NCBI RefSeq assembly: GCF_036321535.1
Contig: NC_087436.1
Coordinates: 39,620,001 to 39,684,000, forward strand
Length of the DNA: 64,000 bases
Source: Camelus dromedarius
Taxonomy: Eukaryota
Direction: 5' to 3'
Program-made: the position numbers and the translations under genes
In this document: piece after piece, positions 41,405 through 51,308 of the stretch
Layout: each line of letters starts with the position of its first letter
Position numbering within the stretch: the first letter of the stretch is position 1
Notes under the pieces: model-generated
What the model was told of the DNA's origin: nothing
Database searches by the model: none
The model's input: only the letters and a program-made list of their open reading frames with translations

Positions 41405-42170
41405 TTCATTCATTCAGCAGATATATATGGAGCTAGGCACACTTCTAGCTGCTGGGGATACCTCAGTGAACAGACAGATGAGAAAATCTTGCTGTAGTCG
41501 AGTTTACATTTTAGTAGCCAATGCCACAAACCAACATAAATAAGTAAATACATATAGTATGTCCAGTAGTGTGCTGTTGAACCTTTAACAACTGGCTGTT
41601 TGGGAAAAAAAAAAAAAGCCTGAATTTGTAGCATTTGCCAATTTCTATGGTAATACTGTGCCCATGCCAAAATGTCGAACTACTGCCATGTTATTGAAGC
41701 TGGGAAGAGATGTACACAATTGACCTGGTGAGCATGTGTGTGCTGATATCAGCACGCTATTGATGATCATAGGTGGCAGGGGTGAAAATAGCAGGAAAAG
41801 ATGAGAAGGTTTGTGGATTGCAATTTTAGAGAATGGTCAGAGAAGACGTCACTGACAAGGTAACATTGAGCAAAGACCTGAAGAAAGTCAGGAAGAGAGC
41901 TATGTACCAATTTGGGGGAAAACATTTTAGGCAGAAAGAGCAGTGTGTGCAACTCCCTGAAGCAAGAACTGGAACAGCAAGGAGGATAGGGAGGTGAAGA
42001 GTGAAGAGTAGGGGAGCAGGGCGTGTGACCAGGGAGTTAAGGAGAGGCTATAAAAGACTAAGAATTTTGGCTTTTAGGGTTGGGGAGACCGGAAGTCACT
42101 GGACGGTTCTGAGCAGAAGGAGGACATGAATTGAATTATATGTTAATGACATCACTCTGGCCTATTTATT
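41405..42170 (-). mobile_element. L2a-like 3' end
   Basis: ttcattcattcagcag...gctgctggggatac, gtaacattgagcaaagacctgaag, gagcagaaggaggacatg. Confidence 0.75.
41564..41762 (-). mobile_element. MER63A-like hAT MITE inserted in L2
   Basis: Inverted termini cagtagtgtgctg / cagcacgctattg and internal gaatttgtagcatttgccaatttc. Confidence 0.8.
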
Positions 42171-42671
42171 GAAAAGGAATAGGTTGATCTAATCAAAAAG
42201 TTGATGGTAGTACAAATAATAATGTCTAATATCTGGGATTAAACAACAACATAGTTAACATTCAAAACAGGAATGGTTCATCAGTCAAAGGAGAGTGGAC
42301 ACGATTGGAGATAAAAGTACTTTGTACTTTTTGACTAAGGTGTGAGGATATTAATGTTAGCACTTGCTTAGCACATATGTTTACATTTCTTGAGAAACTA
42401 CTAGTGGAGATAAAATATATATATTTCAAACCAAGAATGGGTAGAAAAAAGAAGAAAACTGACAATAAAGGCAATAAAGGACAGAGGGAGAGAAAAGAAG
42501 AAACAGAACAACTGGGACAAATATAAAGCACAAAATAAAGTAGCTGTGAAATTAATCACATCAATGACCATATTAAAAGTATGTAGACTAATCTTGTTAA
42601 TTAAAAGTCAAATATTGACATAGTAGATAAAAAGCAAAATTCATAGAAAGTTGTTTTCAAAACTAATTTAT

Positions 42672-42758
42672 GGGGGGAGGGTATGGCTCAGTGACAGAGC
42701 ACATGCTTAGCATACATGAAGTCCTGGGTTCAATCCCCAATACCTCCATTTAAAAAAG
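42672..42758 (+). mobile_element. tRNA-derived SINE (camelid Vic-1-like) with 12-bp TSD
   Basis: ggggagggtatggctcagtgacagagc (A box)...gggttcaatccc (B box). TSD aaactaatttat at 42660-42671 and 42759-42770. Confidence 0.9.
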
Positions 42759-44512
42759 AAACTAATTTATAATGTAAAGACAGAAGAGAGAACAAATATA
42801 AAGATGAGATAAAGTATAATTTTTACAGAATAAGTAAAAAAAGGTAGTGTAGCTATATTAGTATTAAGATAACCACAGAATAATAAAATATTAAATTAAT
42901 ATATAAATATGTACACATACACATCCTTAAATAGCATAGCTTCAAAATACATAATGTAAAAATTGACAGAAAAACAGAAATATTTACAATCCGCTATCAG
43001 AGCTAGAGAATTAAACACACCCAATTTGGTAACATCAAGTAGCATACCCCATTCCTTCCCCTCCCTCCAAAAGAGATCAAAACAGGAAGAACACAGAAGT
43101 TAGAACAACACAGTTAACAAAGTTGAGCTGATAGGTACACCTTGACTGGAGACTATGTTGTTGTCAAGTACACAAGGTATATTGTGTCTGGTCATAAAGT
43201 GATTCTAGCAAATGTAAGGTATTGGTATCAGACAGACACATGCTTCCAGAGTATAATGCAATTATAATGGATATTAGCAAATAAAAGATGAGAAACATCA
43301 GAGATAATGGAAAGGAATTTGAGAAATATGAGTTTGGAGGGAAAAAGAGATTGGTGCTATGAACGGGCCTTGACATCCATCCAGAGCATGGTCCATAGAG
43401 AACTATCTGGAGAAATTTGTTTCCCTTCTTTTTCACTTATGACAGAATAACTGATAGCAGTCGCCTTGCCCCTGCCAAACATTTGGAATGTCAGGTTCTT
43501 TCTCAATGATTTTCCGTAGCCTCTGGCTTGATCGCAGCTGGGGCAGGGAGGGTTCTCGTGAGAGGGTGAAGTCAGGCAGCACGGAGGTCCCTTCACACTC
43601 CAGTTCCAGCCCTGAGGGTCAGCTTTTAGCAAGATGGAGAAGTCAGCCAAGTCTGACTCCTAAGCCGGATACCGCTTAGTTCACGGGTCTGTACGGCTTC
43701 CTACTGCTATTTTCAGCACTTTCTTTTCCCTAGGCGCTCTGAGACCTTCAGTTAGCGTGGAAAAGAATGAAAGTCACTCCTGGCATTGTATCAAAGATTG
43801 AAGAACTGTCCTCTCTTATACAGCCACTTAAAAATGTAGATTTCAGGGGTAATCTACAACCAGCCAAATTAAGGAATAGTGAAGGGCGAGGGGACAGTGG
43901 GAAAGGTTGGGGTGGTGAGGAGAGGGAATGGCCGCGGGTCCCTCCAATCGGACTAGAGGCTCTTTAGTGTGTTCGGTTGCGGCCGGGCTGGTTCTTCATT
44001 TTCTCATGGATGTTAGAAAGTTTGTCAAAGTTAGAAAGAGAATGTGTGCCTATTACAGAAAGAGAAGGCGGGAGAAACAGGCGTGATCATACAGCTCTTC
44101 CATTTGTTCCAAGTCTAGCCGCAGACAGTTCTGTAAAGCCCTGAAAGTCCACTTTTATCAGAGTCTCCTCTCTTTGCCACTTCCCATCTATCTTAGGGGT
44201 GGAACGTTACATGAAATGGTGTAAGTCTAAAGCTCTAATGAATCTTAGGCCAAGAGCGAATTCATTCTTGTAAGAGAGAATTTGAATTGTTAGTATTCAT
44301 TCGGTCGTGCTGTGCTTTCATGTGTAACTTTAAAATGCTTTCACGGGAGAAGCAGCTATTTATACACCACTTTCCCTCTCCAGAAGCCCTTTCTGTAAGC
44401 TTAGTCTCAGGAAGTTTGAGGATAGGTCTTAGAACACTAGGAACTTGAATATTCTAACATCACAAAACTAGTCCATGGTGAATTAGAGGCAAGCCTTGTC
44501 CTTGTAGTTCAA

Positions 44513-44513
<1 letters not shown>

Positions 44514-44546
<33 letters not shown>
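44514..44546. repeat. (CA)16 microsatellite
   Basis: Direct reading. Confidence 0.95.
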
Positions 44547-44548
<2 letters not shown>

Positions 44549-44929
44549 CTTTTCCTGACTTCAATTTAATTGAAAGTAGTACTGCCACTTTTGAAGAATA
44601 TTTTAATTGTCCAAACTATGTTCTTTGGTTCCTTAAGGGCTGTGGCTTGTGGGTTGTAATTTCTGCAACTAATGAAGACAACACCTTAGGTCTGTCGTTT
44701 ATTTCCTTCCTCTTGAAGAGCCATATATTTTGTGCCACATCACAGTTTCTTCTGTTGCTTTGAGACTCTTTAAAACATGCTCATATTATTCAGTAGCTAG
44801 GCAGGTAAAAACTGTTACTGCATTGCTAATTCTAATTTTCCAATTAAATAAAGAAACAGATTTTTTTTTGGTTCCACGTAAGGAAAAAACCCCCCTCTTG
44901 CAGTGATTAGCATAGTAGTTAAAATTTAT

Positions 44930-44994
44930 TTATATATATATATAAATATATATATAAATATATATGTGTATATAAATATACACATATATATATA
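44930..44994. repeat. Imperfect (TA)n microsatellite
   Basis: Direct reading. Confidence 0.9.
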
Positions 44995-45240
44995 CACCAT
45001 CCTTCTAATTTTGCAAGAAACATTCTATGTTACCTTCAATTTTCTCACATTCCTTTCAATTTTCCAAATACATCAAATAGGGAAAATAAAACACTTGCTC
45101 ATTAGTGGTAATTATTAAATAAAAGAATTTGATTAAAATGTTTCTATGAATTATGTACTATTAATCACCACATCCATGACCTTTTCTTAGACCACCTGCT
45201 CTTGGACCTTCCTAGGAAGAAATCCTTCCCTTGCCTTGGA

Positions 45241-45331
45241 TATGAAGACCTATCATTCCAGTTTGCCTGGGACTCTGAGTTTTAGCATTGAATGTCCTCA
45301 GTCCAAGCAAACTGGGATGGTTGGTCACCCC
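45241..45331. mobile_element. MER81/MER94-like hAT-Blackjack MITE
   Basis: Palindromic tccagtttgcctgggact...agtccaagcaaactggga, ending ggtcaccc. Confidence 0.7.
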
Positions 45332-45439
45332 AACTGCAGTCCACCCTCCAGCTAACTACTCTTCTCCCTTTTATATCAAAATTTCTCCACTGAGTATGCC
45401 ACACTCTCCTCCTCCTTATCTTAACCCTCTAATTTACTC

Positions 45440-46690
45440 CTGAACTTTCTGCAGCTGTGCCGCGGTCTTGATCACTCCATACCCTGGATTTTGTAAGAGC
45501 TCCCGATGACCTTTATCTTTTGCCAAAGGAGACTTGCCAGTTCTTCCCTCAATGGACGCTACTGTTAGAGTTTACACTGCTGGTCACACCCTCAATGAAG
45601 CTCTTCATGCCCAAGGTTTCTGTAGCATCATAGCTTTCTGGTCTCTGACTGTTCTTTTTGATTTTATTCATGGGATCCTCTCTCTCCACTTGGTTTCTGA
45701 AAGGTGATTTTCCTCAAGATTCTGCACTTGATCTTCTTAAGCCCTCATCACTCTATAAACCCTTTCCCTGGCTGATCTCACATATTTTCACGCTTTGAGC
45801 CATTCCCTATATAGAAAGATAATTTCAAGACCTATACTTTCTGCTCAGACTTCTCTTGTGAACCAACTACCTGCCAAACATCTATACCTGTATATCCCAG
45901 ATGCACTTCAATAAAACTGAAAATTTTAATATGACCTCTAAAGACCTCCACGATGACCTTCTTGTTCTCTCCTCCTTCTTTGTTGTTGGAATACTCAACT
46001 GTCATTCACCTATGCTAAACTTTTAATGTAGTCCTTGACTATATGCTCTTTCAGCTCCACTGATCCAACTACCGAGTTGTTCAGTTTTACCTTCTGTATG
46101 GTTCTTAAATTGGTCCTTCTGTCTGCTTAGTCTCATTTCCTAGTTTCAAGAAATCTCCTTCTTTTCTCTGAATATCATCGCTCCAGCATCCCAAATCATC
46201 ATATCACTACAGTCTTGCCTTCTAAATCTGTTCTGCTTAATAGGACTTAATAGTTTTCTGGTGCGCAGCACACAGTGTTGTGTTTCACACAGCATTACTT
46301 GTATAAAACCATGCAGGCACCTTTACTGTTGTACTCATGACATTGCAAATAGATCTACCTATTTATCACCCCTACCCCCCCCCCCCAGCAAGACAGTAGT
46401 AGTGTGCTCATTAAGGGGGAGCCACGCTTTTCCTTTGTATCCCTAGTGCCTGCCTCTGTGCCTGGCATCATGTGATTTGGCCATTTCAAGTCCTGAGCAG
46501 GCAGCTGCTCAGCACGATCTTCTGTACTTTCTGGGCTTCTGTAACTGTACTCCCCTCCCCTTCTCTTCTAAAAGGATGAGATCATGGTTTATGACTCTAT
46601 TTACCTACCACCAAAAATACTTCATATGTAGTACACGCTTAATAACTAGTTACAGAATGAATCAATGAAAGAATGAATGAATGAGTGAAT
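45440..46690 (+). mobile_element. Degenerate L2 fragments
   Basis: L2 RT-region-like text and terminal (gaat)n. Confidence 0.6.
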
Positions 46691-48457
46691 GACTATGTTT
46701 AGGCTATTGTTTGAGACACAATCATAGATACAGTTTAGAAGTGGTTAAAAAAACCAAATAATTCAAAATACACTTTCTTTTAAGCCTTTAGGTTGACTAG
46801 AAAATATATCCCCATCTAGGTGTGAGCAATTCACAAAATATTTTACACATATTAAATTCTTAATGAATGTATTCAGTAAGGTTTTAATTTTTTATACCAC
46901 TTAAAAATGGCTTAACCTTTAGACCACTAAAGGCATTTTGTATTTTGTATAATTTTAGAGGATATAGTAGGGTTGGCATAAAAAACTCAGAGATTTATCT
47001 AGCATATTTTAAAATGGCATAACAACATATTTTGGCAGTTTTAAAGACATATTTCAGAAATAAAACCTTAAAAAACATTTTTGTCATAACATTTTGAAAT
47101 GGAAAAATTAGGAAGAGAATTATATATTGTTTATAATTTTCAAGGACATAATCAATGTTTAAACTATCAGCTTGGTTTTAATTTAGCTACATTTTCAAAG
47201 ACTATTTTAGAAGACTAATGAAAACTTAAGTACAACTTCTTTATTAATTCATTTATATTGACTTAAATGGAAGAGTTTATAATGTTGCCAAGAATATGAA
47301 GGTTTTTTTTTTCTTTTCAGTCTTCACACTCTCTTGTGGTAACATTTAATAACATTTAATGGTCCTTCTGGTATTCTTAGCTCATTTAAGTAGTATGATG
47401 AACATTACTATTATTTGCCAGATGCTTAGTGTCTGGAGAAAAGAATACAGTTTTCAACACTTTTTATCCCCATTGGATTTAGTTCTTTATATTTTACCAA
47501 AAGGTCAAAGCTGTACAGAAAAAAAAACTACGTATCAAAATCTCTCCTTTCACTTTTATGAGAAATCAATACATAGTATAATAGAGATAGAATCCAAAGG
47601 CATTTTGAATGGGAAATGAAGATAAATGAGGATCATTTTAATTTTAAATTCCATTCATATTAAACAGCCAGTTGTTTATGCAATACAATCCATCCACAAT
47701 AATAACCACCTATCTTTGGATAATTGTTTTCTATCTAGAGGCAGCAGTTTTACACAATGAGACATCAAATCCAATATAAATGTAGCATGATAGGCTTCAT
47801 ATGTGTACCAGAGGTGTTCAATGAATTTTGAAAGTTAATGCAAACCCTTATGTTTCTACATGAATAAGTATGCTTGTGTATTCACAGTGCTCCATATTTA
47901 GTAGTGCTAATTTTTAGAGTTTCAAAAAAGTCATAAGAGAAAATGAGCTGCACATATGACTTCCAAAAATATCTGAACTTGCTACTTATAAGATCTTTAA
48001 TTCTTGAAAATTTGTGGGAGTATTTATTTTCATTAAAACAAATTCACCTTGATTTCATATTTAAAGGGACTAAAGTCTTAGGTTAGTAATAGTTTACTAA
48101 GGTAGATAACTGCACTGGACAGTAATTAAACAAAGTGGTTTCCACTCTGTAGTTTTAAATACACATAGAAATATACAAAGAAATGCATTTCCGGATTCTG
48201 CCACACTCAGTCCTTTTGTACAATCTTCATTTTTTTCTTGATTCAAAGAAAAAATATATATCTAATTTGTTGTTCTAAGGCTGAGATATGGCCCCATGTC
48301 TCAAAAAGAGCTGAGGGTAGCCATCTCATTCCAGTTTGCCTAAGAATCTCCCAATCAAATCAAGTCATAAAACATTATGTCCCGGAAAATGCCTAGCCCC
48401 AGGCAACCTACTGAAAGATGAACCAAACTCTGACACTTTGAGATAAGACAGCCTTAC

Positions 48458-49438
48458 CTTCACGTCATTGGTGTTCATTCTTGTACCTTCCTTTCCCACA
48501 AAGATATCATCAATATCCACAAGTATGTACCTGTCCAAGGACAATGTCAGCCTCTTCCCTGACAAGAAGGAAACAGCATCTATGAAGATGAGCTTGTGCA
48601 GCCAAAAGTTCAAGTTGTTGCCAAAAAGAACTCTTTGAATTCCATCATGGAGCCCCAGGTCATGTACAACGGTGGCATAAAAAGCACCTTTAGAGATGGG
48701 AGGAGAAAGGTTTTCTGGGGTCTTTACTTTGGCAAATATTACTGGTTGGTAGGCTGAGTGATTAACCTGGAAAACTGTCCAGTCACTTCCCGGTAAAGAA
48801 CCTTTTTCAAGCTTAGAAGATTTGGTCACATGAAGCAACGGAGAATGAGGATTAATACAACAGCCTTTCACAGCAAGGTTTCCATAGAGAGAAAAAGGGA
48901 AACCTTTCAGCTGAAAGCTCTGTAGGCTCTTCTCACTGGTTTTGTGGAATCCAATGACGCCTACCCCATATTCGGCACAGTATTTATCCAAAAGGCTTCG
49001 ATTCCAAGAGTCCATATTTATATACTTTAAAATATTCTCGTAAATAATGAGAATATATTTGCCTCTAGTTTTTTCTATAAGTGCTGGGAGATCCCCTTTT
49101 CCGGGAGCAATTTCAATGTGATACTGGAATCGACTGGATTCTAGAATCATAATGATGTCTTGACCAAGTGACGAGTACTGGCTTTCCACAAACACCAGCA
49201 CAGTGGGGTCTGTCCTCGAGGCATCCGAGAGCTTCCCTGTCTTCACTTCCATTAGCCTATATGGTAAGTGCTGGAAGTCCCCGCAGTCTACTTCTGCAGC
49301 CATCTCAGACAGCTCACTTTCCTGCTTGTAGCCACTGTACAGGTAGTACGCAGAAATAATAATGCTCACCATACAGAATGTGGCAAGCAGAAGAACCGTC
49401 CTTTGAAAGTGTCTGTGCAGCTTCAGGATAAAACTCAT
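48458..49438 (-). CDS. NDST3: NDST3 first coding exon, 981 nt/327 aa ([22 protein letters not shown]...[21 protein letters not shown]): cytosolic tail, type II signal anchor, N-terminal domain and start of the deacetylase domain
   Basis: The 389-aa ORF 48365..49534 contains the recognisable NDST3 N-terminus from Met33 (ATG at 49438, context AACATGA). Donor AAG|gtaagg at 48458/48457. LVDIDDIF motif present. Confidence 0.97.
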
Positions 49439-49596
49439 GTTGTATATACTTTGCTCAGGCCGTTCCAACAGAAGCACCATAAACAAAATGAAAGAAGAAA
49501 AGGTGGTGTTTTGGATACTTCCAGTCTCAGTCAATAGTTTATGTCACCATTGCAGCACATTTGTGTCACTGGATCAGGACTCACAGAAAATATAGT
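49439..49596 (-). other. NDST3: 5' UTR portion of NDST3 exon 2 (158 nt)
   Basis: Polypyrimidine tract and acceptor tttctattctattctacttttcag|ACT at 49597/49596, upstream of the start codon. Confidence 0.85.
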
Positions 49597-50974
49597 CTGA
49601 AAAGTAGAATAGAATAGAAAATCAAACATTCAGTCTGCAGCATTAAAATGAGCGAGTTTTCATCCTGTTAACTGGTCCCAGGGGCAACCTGTTAGGCAGA
49701 TGAACTGATGTATGAGAAGTAAGAATGCCTCTCTTTCCTTCTCCCAGATCTGGATGAGGACATGGGACGGGTAAAAAGAGGAAAAGGACTCCATTGAACA
49801 TAAGGTCTCTGTCCCTAGTGTAGAAAAGGCATTGGGCTAACAAGGAATTTCCTTTTACTCACTGAGCTTTGCATCAAACTCTAGATCAAATAGACCTGAG
49901 ACCACAGAGAGGTCACTTGAGCATACACTGCTACACCATGTAATACAGGCTCACGCTATTTGTGTTTAACTACATGTGCTGAAAATTCATAAAAGCTTGG
50001 ATATATTTCATTAAATGCTACAATTAAGACATTAGTTTCTGCTTTTTGGAGAAGCTCAATAATTGTATGAAAAAAGTACTGTAAAAGTGTTTTCAAAAAA
50101 CATAATGAAAACACCTGAAACTTCATGAAACACCTTGTTATGCTATAATTTCAAATCCTTTTCAGGTTTTAGTAACCTCTGAAAAATAATAGGAAAGAAA
50201 CATGGGTGCTTCCTAGAGCAGAAGTTTATTTGAGTCTTCTTGGTCTTGGCACTTTTCAAGGAGATATCATGGAATACAGAAAAAGTTAAGAGGGGTCTGA
50301 TTATTGTCCAGAAGGCAGGCTGAAAGCTAGCTGTAAGACAGCTGAAAGCACTGGTGGAGAAGATCATAGCTGGTGTTTTTCATAATATTAGGGTTTATTG
50401 CACTTCTGCATTTTATTCATTGCCACTTTGGCCCTGACACCCTCTGAGTAAAATGATAAGGTTAGAATAAATGATCACCAAGACTCTAAAATTTTCTGAT
50501 ATTCACCTATGAAATATGCAATGAGCAATATTTTGAATAATATATATTTATATTTATGAATAATATAATATTATGCATTATAACTGCCAGATGTTTATAG
50601 GATAAATATCCCATTTCCCCTGTAAATTATGTATTGTACTTTATTCATCCAAATATTTAGGGAATCTATATCATTCATTCAAATTTTTATGCGGTAACTA
50701 TCTTTGTGTTTAAAATATAAATTTCAGCAGAATGAATTTCTTTAAAGGGTCTAGAATTATTAGGTAGAGACGGTGACTCAAATGACAAACAATAATGTAT
50801 GGGTTGTTGATCAGAGACAAATGTCTGTCACAGGATGTGAGAAGAAAGATGCCATGGCAAGTAGGGGAGCATGTAGTCTGCAATGCAGGGAGGGGGGTGT
50901 TTTGTGTTGGATGTGGGGCAGAGCCTTGAAGGATGAGGGGAATATGAATAGGCATTTGAGATAGGTAGAACTTT

Positions 50975-51308
50975 TAAAAAATTTTTAATTAAGTTAAAAA
51001 AATTTATTGATGTATGGTTGATTTACAGTGTTTCAGGTATATAGCAAAGTGATTCAGTTATGCATATTTACATATAAAAACACATATTCTTTTTCAGATT
51101 CTTTCCCATTTTAGGTCATTACAAGATATTGAATACAGTTCCCTGTGCTGTACAGTAGGCCCTTGTTGTTTATTTTATATATAGTAGTTTGTATCTATTA
51201 ATCCTAAATTCCTAATTTATCCCCGCCTTCCCTCTTTCCCCTTTGGTAACCGTAAGTTTGTTTTCTATGTCGGTGCATCTGCTTCTGTTTTGTAAATAAG
51301 TTCATTTG
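50975..51308 (-). mobile_element. L1 3' UTR fragment in intron 1
   Basis: Similar to 7690-8010 and 2330-2530. Degenerate TSD ttgagataggtagaacttt / ttgagacagagggaacttt. Confidence 0.85.

Larger units (their letters stand above)
41270..43340 (+). mobile_element. Ancient L1 (ORF1 end / ORF2 start) hosting nested L2, MER63A and SINE
   Basis: Decayed ORF1 C-terminal text at 41280-41400 and EN-like text at 42550-43300. Confidence 0.55.

Noticed and set aside
42672..42750. tRNA gene
   Set aside because: It has an A-rich tail, a TSD and diverged copies at 23212 and 35240, so it is a tRNA-derived SINE.
48365..49534. 389-aa ORF taken as a complete single-exon gene
   Set aside because: It starts at a TTG in the 5' UTR and runs past a canonical donor. 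The NDST3 frame continues in the exons at 8352-8439 and 273-427.
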